Of a stretch of 64,000 bases of DNA, positions 1-11,235 are shown piece after piece. The notes beneath the pieces were generated by a model, which searched no databases, had not been told where the DNA came from, and was given only the letters and a program-made list of their open reading frames with translations. Made by a program: the position numbers and the translations under genes. Position 1 is the stretch's first letter. Every line of letters starts with the position of its first letter. The stretch spans positions 310,001 through 374,000 of the forward strand of contig NIVC01000082.1 in NCBI GenBank assembly GCA_002269645.1, given 5' to 3'. Source of the stretch: Macrostomum lignano (Eukaryota).

Positions 1-745
1 ATCCCAGATCCTAGATCCTAGATCCTAGATCCCAGATCCTAGATCCCAGATCCTAGATCCCAGATCCCAGTTCCTAGATCCTAGATCCCAGATCCTAGAT
101 CCCAGATCCCAGTTCCCAGATCCTAGATCCCAGATCCCAGTTCCCAGATCCTAGATCCCAGATCCTAGATCCCAGATCCTAGATCCCAGATCCTAGATCC
201 CAGATCCTAGATCCCAGATCCTAGATCCCAGATCCTAGATCCCAGATCCTAGATCCCAGATCCTAGATCCTAGATCCTAGATCCCAGATCCTAGATCCCA
301 GATCCTAGATCCCAGATCCCAGATCCTAGATCCCAGATCCTAGATCCTAGATCCTAGATCCCAGATCCTAGATCCCAGATCCTAGATCCCAGATCCCAGT
401 TCCTAGATCCTAGATCCCAGATCCTAGATCCCAGATCCCAGTTCCCAGATCCTAGATCCCAGATCCCAGTTCCCAGATCCTAGATCCCAGATCCTAGATC
501 CCAGATCCTAGATCCCAGATCCTAGATCCCAGATCCTAGATCCTAGATCCCAGATCCTAGATCCCAGATCCTAGATCCCAGATCCCAGATCCCAGATCCC
601 AGATCCTAGATCCCAGATCCTAGATCCCAGATCCTAGATCCCAGATCCTAGATCCCAGATCCTAGATCCCAGATCCTAGATCCTAGATCCCAGATCCTAG
701 ATCCCAGATCCTAGATCCCAGATCCCAAATTCTAGATCCCAGATC
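1..745. repeat. 7-bp tandem repeat (CCTAGAT/CCCAGAT) in a CTDNEP1 intron
   Basis: Directly visible; GATC about every 7 bp. Confidence 0.97.
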
Positions 746-806
746 TCAGATCTTATATTCTAGATCTGCTTCAGTCTGCTCCGTATATTCCCACCTAATT
801 TTCCAG

Positions 807-1107
807 GTCCGAATCGAGCGCCATAATGTACGCTTCTTTGTGCGCAAGCGGCCTCACGTTGACTTCTTTCTGGACGTTGTCAGCCAGTGGTTCGATTTGG
901 TGATCTTTACCGCCTCGCTGCAGATCTACGGGGAGGCCGTCTCACAACGATTAGATAACGGGCGAAAGATGTTTAGCAGAGGCTACTATCGACAGGACTG
1001 CCAGGTGGACAACGGAGGCTTCACTAAAAGTTTGACCTCTATATCGCCCGATCTGAGCTCCGTGTTTATATTGGACAACTCACCTGGGGCTTATCGGCTC
1101 TTTCCAG
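807..1107 (+). CDS. CTDNEP1: CTD nuclear envelope phosphatase 1 (Dullard), penultimate exon; upstream exons lie outside the window
   Basis: Acceptor ttccag|807. Translates VRIERHNVRFFVRKRPHVDFFLDVVSQWFDLVIFTASLQIYG...ILDNSPGAYRLFP, matching the CTDNEP1 FCP1/NIF domain (KRPHVDFFL, FTAS, LDNSPGAY). Phase-1 donor GT at 1108. Confidence 0.95.
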
Positions 1108-1185
1108 GTGCGCCTTTGGCTGCTTGGTGACGCTTATTAAACTCCTGGCTGTGGGTCTGTCTGAGTCTACCTGCCTGTCTGCCTT

Positions 1186-1300
1186 AGTACCTGTCTCAGT
1201 GTCTGTCTGAGTGCCTGTCTCAGTGCCTGTCTCAGTGCCTGTCTCAGTGCCTGTCTCAGTGTCTGTCTCAGTGCCTGTCTCAGTGCCTGTCTCAGTGCCT
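1186..1300. repeat. 12-bp repeat GTGCCTGTCTCA in the last CTDNEP1 intron
   Basis: Directly visible; related to the arrays at 35600 and 45130. Confidence 0.95.
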
Positions 1301-1416
1301 GTCCTCGAGTTTTTCATCTAGTCCATGTTCGTCTTACCGTTTCCACGCCTCTATTGTAAGACTCAACTCTGAGACTATTGTCAGACTAATCCATTTCCTA
1401 CCCGCCTGCCCTTCAG

Positions 1417-1553
1417 ACAACGCAATCCCCATATCGTCCTGGTTTTCGGACAGTTCGGACACGGCCCTGCTGGCCCTGCTGCCTGTGCTGGATTCGCTGC
1501 GATTCGTCAACGACGTTCGCAGCGTTCTTGGCCGCAATCTGCACAGAAGCTGA
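1417..1553 (+). CDS. CTDNEP1: CTDNEP1 last coding exon
   Basis: Acceptor cttcag|1417, phase-compatible (G+AC=D). Translates [45 protein letters not shown] (TGA 1551-1553), the canonical CTDNEP1 C-terminus. Not in the ORF track. Confidence 0.95.
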
Positions 1554-2004
1554 GACTCAGAATCCTTCCCTATCTTCTGAGCATTGGCCACACCTTTGTC
1601 GGTATTTTGTGTTTACTCGTGTTCGTCTCCCGTGCGCTAGTGGGACCGGGTAAACAGCGGGAGTAATTAGACAAATGCCTCGTCATCTTAATAATTAGGG
1701 CATTCAACTATTTTTCTCTTGTTGCTATTGTTTGTTCCAGTAATGTATAAATTGAAGGAAACATCAATTTTTGTGATCTATTTTACATTGCTTCAATTTT
1801 AACTTAATCAGGATGTTTTATGACAGTTTTAAATTTTCTTCACATCTATATTTGCAATTGCCTGGGTCAGTGCATTTTACTGTACTGAACTGTAATAGGT
1901 TGTATTTTAGATCCTCACGGGACTGGGTGGACTTCTGGCAGCCTGGTTCATGTTGACTTTTACCCATAAACTGATAGGGCTGTGACCTCTGCATCAATCT
2001 GCCC

Positions 2005-2310
2005 CACCTCTTCCTCTTTTCTCCCTTATCTCTCTTCTCACTCTCCCTCTTTCACTCCCCTTTCTCCTTTTCCCTCTCTCCCTATATCTCTCATTTCTCT
2101 CGTTTCTCCCTCTCTCTCCTTCTCCCTCTTTCTCCCTCTCCCTCTCACTCCTATCCCTCCCGCTGCTCCCTCTCCTCCCTCTCCCTCTTCCCTATCCCTC
2201 TCCCCCCTCTCTCTCCCTCACTCTCTCCCTTCTCCCTCTTAGTCAATCTCCCTCTTTCTCTTCTTCCCTCTCTCCCTCTTCCCCCTCCTCCTCTCCCTCT
2301 CTCCCCTTCC
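2005..2310. repeat. CT-rich low-complexity tract
   Basis: Polypyrimidine simple sequence. Confidence 0.9.
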
Positions 2311-2861
2311 CTCAAGTCGTAATCAAACGTAGAAACTTTGTGTTATTTTTAAACATAATTAGAGATGTATAAAATACTTTGACACTGCTTGACTACTATG
2401 CGTGACCAGTAGAGAAATGTACCTGCAAACCCCAAAATTTGTGTTTTTTTTCTCAGCGTTCATTGCCTTCAAAATGCAAGCTTATCTTTTAGTTTTTGAG
2501 CAAGTGAGCGATGAAGTGAGGGACTGAGTGCTCATTTATTTTTATTGTTACAATATTTTAACTGAATTATACTGTATTTCTTTTCTCCGTGTGTTTAAGT
2601 GACTACTAATTTAGTAATTTATTGCGTTCTCTAAGGTGTCAAATATTGCTTTAAACACTATAAATGTTGAAAATATATCATTGAAATGCTTAATGCCAAA
2701 ATTATTTTATTTTCGTTGGTTAATGCTCATGTGACTCAAATGTAATTGTTTAGTTGAAATCATTTCTATTATTACAATGCTACTATTTAGTAAGTAGTAT
2801 CTAAACAGTTTTGTTGTTTTAATTGTGACAATATTGACAAATTTATAAATTTCTTTATTTC

Positions 2862-4118
2862 ATGGAAACAGCCGACAGAATTGCCTCGTTTGAATTGGCG
2901 CCAAAGCAGCAGCATGCTGTTTCGGTTGCTAAGCAGTCACGAAGCTGTTCCCGATCGCCAATTGGACGCCAATCAGAAACTGGCAACGCTAATCCTAATG
3001 GCACCTGTAGCGATAGAGTCGATAAGCAGGATGCAGCTTATTTTGATTCATATCAGTGTTTAGAAGTTCACGCTACTATGCTGGCTGATAGAGTTAGAAC
3101 TTTAGCTTATCGCCTCGCCCTCATGCGCGCTTATCGTTTGGTCTATCGTAGAATCGGCATAGACATCGGCTGCGGCAGCGGCATACTGACTCATTTCGCT
3201 TGCGAGGCCGGTGCTAGAGTTGTCTATGGCCTGGAGGCGGCTGCGGGCATGTGCTCGGTAGCTAGGGAATTTCTTCGCGCTAATGGCCACCTTGATTCAG
3301 GCAAAGCTGTTGTGATTGGCTGCAGAGCTGAGTCGCTTAATGAACTACCATGCGATGGTGGCCGGGCCGAGTTCCTTGTTAGCGAATGGATGGGCTACTG
3401 TCTGCTGTATGAGAACATGCTCAGCTCAGTGCTGGACGCTCGCGATCGATTGCTTCGCGAAATTGACGACGGTTTTGAAGTGCAGATGTTTCCAAATCGG
3501 GCTCGACTGTTTATTGCCGGCTATACTTGTGGCGACCAGCCTGATGCGGATAATTCTTCTGTATTAGATGAGGACATGGACTTGCTAGGCAGATTGTACG
3601 GCTGCAATATGACACCCATAGTTGACGCGATTGAACTTCAGAAACGATCCAGGCCTTCCGTTGCTCTGGTTGAAGATACTAGTCATCTGATCACGGATTC
3701 AGCCACTCTGTTCTGCTTGAATTTAGCTAGCCTGACCAAATCAGAGTTGGCTAGCGGGCAAGCCACTAGCGGCACATTTCAATTGGACGCCATTCAGTGC
3801 GCTAATTTAGACGCTTTTTGTCTATGGTTCGACGTTGAATTCCCAGGTTCCAATACTAGGTTGAGTACGTCGCCATTTAGCGAACCGACTCACTGGCAGC
3901 AGACTCTGGTTTGGCTGCCGCGCAGCGTTCCAGTTAGCATTGACAGTCGGTTAAGTGGTCAGGTTTGCCTTAGTCCGAATCGGCTCAATTCCCGAGATTT
4001 AGATATTGAAGTTACTTTGCTGCCAGTTGGTGTCAAGGATGGCTTGGTGGAGAGTCTCGCCGATGTTGATGCTGGTGAAGAGTTGAAGTTTACCGTCACG
4101 TTGGACTCTTGTGCCTAA
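2862..4118 (+). CDS. PRMT6: Type I protein arginine methyltransferase, PRMT6-like, intronless, 418 aa
   Basis: YFDSY..H..MLADRVRT.AYRL helix, motif I IDIGCGSG, post-I VYGLE, double-E loop SEWMGYCLLYE, THW loop (PTHWQQT). ADRVRT-AYRL and MLSSVL-AR resemble PRMT6. The family is certain; the subfamily is inferred. Confidence 0.85.
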   Translation: METADRIASFELAPKQQHAVSVAKQSRSCSRSPIGRQSETGNANPNGTCSDRVDKQDAAYFDSYQCLEVHATMLADRVRTLAYRLALMRAYRLVYRRIGIDIGCGSGILTHFACEAGARVVYGLEAAAGMCSVAREFLRANGHLDSGKAVVIGCRAESLNELPCDGGRAEFLVSEWMGYCLLYENMLSSVLDARDRLLREIDDGFEVQMFPNRARLFIAGYTCGDQPDADNSSVLDEDMDLLGRLYGCNMTPIVDAIELQKRSRPSVALVEDTSHLITDSATLFCLNLASLTKSELASGQATSGTFQLDAIQCANLDAFCLWFDVEFPGSNTRLSTSPFSEPTHWQQTLVWLPRSVPVSIDSRLSGQVCLSPNRLNSRDLDIEVTLLPVGVKDGLVESLADVDAGEELKFTVTLDSCA

Positions 4119-4149
4119 TTTGACTCCTATTTATCGTGTCTTGTTCGAA

Positions 4150-4625
4150 ACAATGGTCTTTGTTAATCAAGCCATTTGATTGAATGGATGGTCTTTGTTA
4201 GTCAAGTCTATTGATTGGATGGATGGTTTTAGTGAAGTCTATTCATTGGATGGATGGTCTTTGTTAGTCGAGTCTTTGATTATATGAATGGTCTTTGTAA
4301 GTCAAGTCTATTGAATGAATAGAATGGTCTTTATTGAAGTAGTCAAGTCTATTGATTATATGAATGATCTTTGTAAGTCAAGTCTATTGACTGAATAGAA
4401 TGGTCTTTATTGAAGTAGTCAAGTCTATTGATTGGATTGAATAGTCTTTGTTAATCAAGTCAGTTGACTGGATGAAATAGTCTTTGTTAATCAAGTCAGT
4501 TGACTGGATGAAATAGTCTTTGTTAATCAAGCCTGTTGATTGGTTTGAATAGTCTTTGTTAATCAAGCCTGTTAATTGGATGGAATAGTCTTTGTTAATC
4601 AAGTCTGTTAATTGGATGGAATGGA
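4150..4625. repeat. ~36-bp degenerate tandem repeat (GTCTTTGTTAATCAAG...) in the PRMT 3' region
   Basis: Directly visible. Confidence 0.9.
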
Positions 4626-4748
4626 CTTTAAATGGCACAAGTCAAGTGTATTATGTGCTAATAAGTGTTTCAACATTTGAGTGTTATTACGCTAATGTTT
4701 TAATTTATTTTGTATAAACGCTTAAATTGCTGCTGTTAAAAATGCAAA

Positions 4749-4754
4749 AATAAA
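4749..4754 (+). terminator. Candidate polyadenylation signal (AATAAA) of the PRMT gene
   Basis: AATAAA about 630 nt after the stop, followed by T-rich sequence at 4786-4845. Confidence 0.45.
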
Positions 4755-4884
4755 ACAAGAAATAGGTTGTCACAAGCGTATTTCAAATTTTTTTCACGCA
4801 TTTTATTTGCCGTTTTACTATAATTGATCAAGATAACTTTTTTATTAGTTCCTTTTTAGACAGATCTTCCCTAGAAGCAAGTCA

Positions 4885-5110
4885 GGACCCCTACTTCTGG
4901 TTTAGGCGCCCCTACTTCCGGTTTAGACGCCCCTACTTCCGGTTTTGGCGCCCCTACTTCCGGTTTAGGCGCCCCTACTTCCGGTTTAGGCGCCCCTACT
5001 TCTAGTTTACGCGTCCCTACTTCCGGTTTAGGCGCCCCTACTTCCGGTTTAGACGCCTCTACTTCCGGTTTAGACGCCTCTACTTCCGGTTTAGACGCCT
5101 CTACTTCCGC
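4885..5110. repeat. 21-bp tandem repeat CCTACTTCCGGTTTAGGCGCC directly upstream of the NARS2 ATG
   Basis: 11 units, 8 with ACTTCCGGT. Confidence 0.95.
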
Positions 5111-5115
5111 TATAA

Positions 5116-5436
5116 ATGTTTCCGCCATCATTACTCGAATCGCTCTTTTCCCCCGCGTTGATGTCTTTTCTTTTGCAGCATTTCAAACCTGCTCCATTGT
5201 TAGCCGCCATTGTTTGGCGTCGTTGCTTCAGCGGAAGCAGCCGTCGAGTCTGCTTGAAGCAGACTTTTATTGAGCATTCTTCTCAATTGGCTAATGGTGA
5301 AAATCGAGCGGACACTCAAGAAGGCTTCGAAGAAACTGGTGAAGTCAGTTTAGTAGGCTGGGTGCGAAGCCTCAGACGTCAGAAAAAAGTTAGCTTCATC
5401 GAGTTGGGCGATGGTACTACTCATAAAACCCTGCAG
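5116..5436 (+). CDS. NARS2: Mitochondrial asparaginyl-tRNA synthetase, exon 1 (start at 5116 or 5161)
   Basis: Targeting-peptide-like N-terminus with RRCFS (R-3-type cleavage motif). OB-fold start VGWVRSLRRQKKVSFIELGDG. Phase-0 donor cag|GTTAGT at 5437. Model 5116-5436, 7077-7385, 8252-8557, 11236-11829 gives 509 aa. Confidence 0.9.
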
Positions 5437-5589
5437 GTTAGTTTAGTTCTTAATCTTGTTATCTAGTATGCGGGATCTATAAATTCAGCATGCTGGAAGA
5501 TGGGGTTGATTTGGTAGTTAAGATGCATATACTTTAGAAATAAAAGTAGTCAATAAGTAGAATGAGATGGTGAACGAAAGAGTGAAAGT

Positions 5590-6915
5590 GAATGAAAGAG
5601 GTAGCTCGTAGTAAATGAGAGAGGTAGGGAACGAGAGAGGTAGTGAGTGAGAGAGAGGTAGTGAATGAGAGAGGAAGTGAGTGAGTGGACAGGTATTGAG
5701 TGAGGTGGGAGGTAGTGAGTGAGATTGAGAGGTAGTGAGTGAGGTGTAGAGGAAGTGAGTGAGTAGACAGGTAATGAGTGAGGTGGGAGATAGTGAGTGA
5801 GGTGGAGAGGTAGTGAGTGAGGTGGAGAGGTAGTGAGTGAGGTGGAGAGGTAGTGAGTGAGGTGGAGAGGTAGTGAGTGAGGTGGAGAGGTAGTGAGTGA
5901 GGTGGAGAAGTAGTGAGTGAGGTGAAGAGGTAGTGAGTGAAGTGGAGAGATAGTGAGTGAGGTGAAGAGGTAGTGAGTGAGGTGGAGAGTAGTGAGTGAG
6001 GTGGAGAGGTAGTGAGTGAGGTGGAGAGTAGTGAGTGAGGTGAGAGGTAGAGAGTGAGGTAGAGAGGTAGAGAGGTAGTGGTAGAGAGGTAGTGAATGAG
6101 ATGGAAAGGTAGTGAGTGAGGTGGAGAGGTAGTGAGTGAGGTGGAGAGTAGTGAGTGAGGTGAGAGGTAGAGAGTGAGGTAGAGAGGTAGAGAGGTAGTG
6201 GTAGAGAGGTAGTGAATGAGATGGAAAGGTAGTGAGTGAGGTGGAGAGGTAGTGAGTGAGGTGGAGAGGTAGTGAGTGAGGTGGAGAGGTAGTGAGTGAG
6301 GTGGAGAGGTAGTGAGTGAGGTGGAGAGGTAGTGAGTGAGGTGGAGAAGTAGTGAGTGAGGTGAATAGGTAGTGAGTGAAGTGGAGAGATAGTGAGTGAG
6401 GTGAAGAGGTAGTGAGTGAGGTGGAGAGTAGTGAGTGAGGTGGAGAGGTAGTGAGTGAGGTGGAGAGTAGTGAGTGAGGTGAGAGGTAGAGAGTGAGGTA
6501 GAGAGGTAGAGAGGTAGTGGTAGAGAGGTAGTGAATGAGATGGAAAGGTAGTGAGTGAGGTGAAGAGGTAGTGAGTGAGGTGAAGAGGTAGTGAGTGAGG
6601 TGGAGAAGTAATGAGTGAGGTGGAGAGGTAGTGATTGAGGTGGAGAGGTAGTGAGTGAGGTGGAGAGGTAGTGAGTGAGGTGGAGAGGTAGTGAGTGAGA
6701 TTGAGAGGTAGTGAGTGAGGTGGGAGGTAGTGAGTGAGGTGGGAGGTAGTGAGTGAGGTGGGGAGGAAGTGAGTGAGTAGACAGGTAGTGAGTGAGGTGG
6801 AGAAGTAGTGAGTGAGGTAGAGAGGTAGTGAATGATGTGGAGAGGTAGTGAATGAAGTGGAGAAGTAGTGAGTGATGAGGTGAAGAGGTAGTGAGTGAAG
6901 TGTAGAAGTAGTGAG
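5590..6915. repeat. ~20-bp purine-rich repeat GTAGTGAGTGAGGTGGAGAG (NARS2 intron 1)
   Basis: Directly visible. Confidence 0.95.
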
Positions 6916-7076
6916 GTGGCTAGGTATGCATGAGCTATGAGTAGAAACTGGAGCTGCGGTTAGTTACAAAAGGATAAGGAGTGGTAACTACGCAATCAAT
7001 GGTACAATTGTATGCATACAGTAGTACAGTACTGCAGTTACATATAGTATAACCAATAAAAACCTTTGCAACTCAG

Positions 7077-7385
7077 ATTGTAGTCTCGCCATCCGAGCTC
7101 CTGCCCGCCGATGTCTCAGCGGACACCTGCTTGAGAGTTGTCGGCCGCCTCTCCGCCACTGATCGAGCCGCTAACGGCTTGGAACTTCAAGCTAGCAGTC
7201 TCGCTGTGACCGGCCCGGCCGACCGGGCATCCGGTCTGAGCTTCCACCAGGAGCAGCGGCCGGACACCGCTAGACAGAGTCCGCATCTGCGTCCCAGACT
7301 GGCCGGCTTTCAGGCCGTCTGCCGGCTGCGCGCCGCATTGAACCGGGCGCTGCGGTCGGCACTTGACGAGCGCCACTATCTTGAG
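7077..7385 (+). CDS. NARS2: NARS2 exon 2
   Basis: Acceptor actcag|7077. IVVSPSELL...GLELQASSLAVTGPAD...RQSPHLRPRLAGFQAVCRLRAALNRALRSALDERHYLE covers the end of the OB-fold, the HLR motif and the motif-1 helix. Donor gag|GTGAAG at 7386. Confidence 0.9.
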
Positions 7386-7469
7386 GTGAAGTCTGATTGC
7401 CTGTCTGTATTGGTTTTCGATACATATCGGCAGAGCGCTATTATGGTCCATGCTCTTCTGCCGCCTACT

Positions 7470-8185
7470 TGTCTGTTCTACCCTGTCTCTTCTACTCTCT
7501 CCCCGTCTTCTACCCCTCTCCCCCTCTTCTACCCCTCTCCCCCTCTTCTACCCCTCTCCCCCTCTCTTCTACTCTCTCCCCGTCTCTTCTACCCCTCTCC
7601 CCTCTTCTACCCCTCTCCCCCTCTCTTCTACTCTCTCCCCGTCTCTTCTACCCCTCTCCCCGTCTCTTCTACTCTCTCCCCGTCTCTTCTACCCCTCTCC
7701 CCGTCTCTTCTACTCTCTCCCCGTCTCTTCTACCCTCTCCCCCTCTCTTCTACTCTCTCCCCGTCTCTTCTACCCCTCTCCCCTCTCTTCTACCCCTCTC
7801 CCCGTCTCTTCTACCCCTCTCCCCTCTCTTCTACCCCTCTGCCTGTCTCTTCTACTCTCTCCCCATCTCTTCTACCCTCTCCCCCTCTCTTCTACCCCTC
7901 TCCCCGTCTTTTCTACCCCTCTCCCCCCTCTCTTTTACCCCTCTCCCCCCTCTCTTTTACCCCTCTCCCCCTCTCTTTTACCCCTCTCCCCCCTCTCTTC
8001 TACCCCTCTCCCCCCTCTTCTACCCCTCTCCCCCTCTCTTCTACCCCTCTCCCCCTCTCTTCTACCCCTCTCCCCCTCTTCTACCCCTCTCCCCATCTTT
8101 TCTACCCCTCTACCCGTCTCTTCTACCCTCCCCCTCTACCCTTCTCTCCCTCTCTTCCACCCGTCTCCCTTCTCCCTCTATCTCG
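7470..8185. repeat. ~21-bp CT-rich repeat CTCTTCTACCCCTCTCCCC (NARS2 intron 2)
   Basis: Directly visible; source of spurious P/S/L ORFs. Confidence 0.95.
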
Positions 8186-8251
8186 TTAACTGCTTCTAAG
8201 AATTCTACCCTACATGTATAAAGCATCAACTTCCATCATTATCCCCGGAAG

Positions 8252-8557
8252 GTAGAAGCCCCAGTACTAACCAGCAACGACTGCGAAGGCGCCGGCGAAA
8301 CTTTCCGCCTAGCAGATTCGGAGTCATTTTTCCGCTCGCCGGTTCATCTGACCGTGTCCTCGCAGCTGCACCTGGAGGCGCTGGCTCTGGGCCTGTCTCG
8401 CGTCTACTGTTTGGCAAGGGCGTTTCGAGCAGAGAAATCCCTCACTACTTATCACCTGGCCGAGTTCTCTATGCTAGAGGCTGAGGCTACGGAATTAGAT
8501 TCCACAGATGCTCTGTGCAATCACGTTGAATGGCTTTTGAAAACTGCGGCTAATTGT
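8252..8557 (+). CDS. NARS2: NARS2 exon 3
   Basis: Acceptor aag|8252. VEAPVLTSNDCEGAGETF...LTVSSQLHLE...FRAEKS...HLAEFSMLEAE contains class II motifs 1 and 2. Donor tgt|GTAAGA at 8558. Confidence 0.92.
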
Positions 8558-8609
8558 GTAAGATTTGTGCCTGTATTTTATCTGCTTTTTTCTTAGGGAT
8601 ACGATTGAC

Positions 8610-11170
8610 TAAATTTAGGGATAGACTCTAGATTAATTTAGGGATAGACTCTGGCTAAGTTTAGGGATAGACTAGATTAATTTAGAAATAGAATCCGGAA
8701 AAATTGGATCCCTAAGAATCCAACTGAGATTAAGGATAGAATCTGGCTTAATTTAAGGATAGAATCCAACTGAGATTTAGGATAGAATCTGGCTTGATTT
8801 AAGGATAGAATCCAACTGAGATTAAAGATAGAATCTGGCTTAATTTAAGGATAGAATCCAACTGAGATTAAAGATAGAATCTGGCTTAATTTAAGGATAG
8901 AATCCAACTGAGATTAAAGATAGAATCTGGCTTAATTTAGGGATAGAATCCAACTGAGATTAAGGATAGAATCTGGCTTAATTTAAGGATAGAATCCAAC
9001 TGAGATTAAAGATAGAATCTGGCTTAATTTAAGGATAGAATCCAACTGAGATTAAGGATAGAATCTGGCTTAATTTAAGGATAGAATCCAACTGAGATTA
9101 AGGATAGAATCTGGCTTAATTTAAGGATAGAATCCAACTGAATTTAGGATAGAATCTGGCTTAATTTAAGGATAGAATCCAACTGAGATTAAAGATAGAA
9201 TCTGGCTTAATTTAGGGATAGAATCCAACTGAGATTAAGGATAGAATCTGGCTTAATTTAAGGATAGAATCCAACTGAGATTAAAGATAGAATCTGGCTT
9301 AATTTAAGGATAGAATCCAACTGAGATTTAGGATAGAATCTGGCTTAATTTAAGGATAGAATCCAACTGAAATTAAGGATAGAATCTGGCTTCATTCGGG
9401 GATAGAATCCGGCTAAATTTAGGGATAGAATCCAACTGAATTTAAGGATAGAATCTGGCTTAATTTAGGGATAGAATCCAACTGAGATTTAGGATAGAAT
9501 CTGGCTTAATTTAAGGATAGAATCCAACTGAAATTAAGGATAGAATCTGGCTTCATTCGGGGATAGAATCCGGCTAAATTTAGGGATAGAATCCAACTGA
9601 ATTTAAGGATAGAATCTGGCTTAATTTAGGGATAGAATCCAACTGGGATTTAGGATAGAATCTGGCTTAATTTAAGGATAGAATCCAACTGAAATTAAGG
9701 ATAGAATCTGGCTTCATTCGGGGATAGAATCCGGCTAAATTTAGGTATGGAATCCAACTGAATTTTAGGATAGAATCTGGCTTAATTTAAGGATAGAATC
9801 CAACTGAGATTTAGGATAGAATCTGGCTTAATTAAGGATAGAATCCAACTGAAATTAAGGATAGAATCTGGCTTCATTCGGGGATAGAATCCGGCTAAAT
9901 TTAGGGATAGAATCCAACTGAATTTAAGGATAGAATCTGGCTTAATTTAGGGATAGAATCCAACTGAGATTTAGGATAGAATCTGGCTTAATTTAAGGAT
10001 AGAATCCAACTGAAATTAAGGATAGAATCTGGCTTCATTCGGGATAGAAGCCGGCTAAATTTAGGGATAGAATCCAACTGAATTTAAGGATAGAATCTGG
10101 CTTAATTTAGGGATAGAATCCAACTGAGATTTAGGATAGAATCTGGCTTAATTTAAGGATAGAATCCAACTGAAATTAAGGATAGAATCTGGCTTCATTC
10201 GGGGATAGAATCCGGCTAAATTTAGGGATAGAATCCAACTGAATTTAAGGATAGAATCTGGCTTAATTTAGGGATAGAATCCAACTGAGATTTAGGATAG
10301 AATCTGGCTTAATTTAAGGATAGAATCCAACTGAAATTAAGGATAGAATCTGGCTTCATTCGGGGATAGAATCCGGCTAAATTTAGGGATAGAATCCAAC
10401 TGAATTTAAGGATAGAATCTGGCTTAATTTAGGGATAGAATCCAACTGAGATTTAGGATAGAATCTGGCTTAATTTAAGGATAGAATCCAACTGAAATTA
10501 AGGATAGAATCTGGCTTCATTCGGGGATAGAATCCGGCTAAATTTAGGGATAGAATCCAACTGAATTTAAGGATAGAATCTGGCTTAATTTAGGGATAGA
10601 ATCCAACTGAGATTTAGGATAGAATCTGGCTTAATTTAAGGATAAAATCCAACTGAAATTAAGGATAGAATCTGGCTTCATTCGGGGATAGAATCCGGCT
10701 AAATTTAGGTATGGTATCCAACTGAATTTAAGGATAGAATCTGGCTTAATTTAGGGATAGAATCCAACTGAGATTTAGGATAGAATCTGGCTTAATTTAA
10801 GGATAGAATCCAACTGAAATTAAGGATAGAATCTGGCTTCATTCGGGGATAGAATCCGGCTAAATTTAGGGATAGAATCCAACTGAATTTAAGGATAGAA
10901 TCTGGCTTAATTTAGGGATAGAATCCAACTGAGATTTAGGATAGAATCTGGCTTAATTTAAGGATAGAATCCAACTGAAATTAAGGATAGAATCTGGCTT
11001 AATTTAAGGATAGAATCCAACTGAAATTAAGGATAGAATCTGGCTTCATTCGGGGATAGAATCCGGCTAAATTTAGGGATAGAATCCAACTGAGATTAAG
11101 GATAGAATCTGGCTTAACTCAGGGAAGCTGACTAAGTTTAGGGATAGGGATAGAAGTTTAGGGATAGGGA
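8610..11170. repeat. 23-bp satellite (GGATAGAATC core) with 46-bp and 161-bp higher-order structure (NARS2 intron 3)
   Basis: The marker variant TTCATTCGG recurs every 160-161 bp from 9391 to 10838. Confidence 0.96.
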
Positions 11171-11235
11171 TAGTTAGAATTGGACTCAAACTAGAGATAG
11201 AATCAGATGAAATGACTCAAACTGCAAACTTGCAG

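Noticed and set aside
4871-5131. EVEASKP-repeat ORF on the minus strand
   Set aside because: Translation of the 21-bp array; no other coding evidence.
7386-8221. Read-through extension of NARS2 exon 2 into a P/S/L-rich ORF
   Set aside because: Intronic CT repeat; the frame ends in a stop at 8187-8189, and a good donor exists at 7386.
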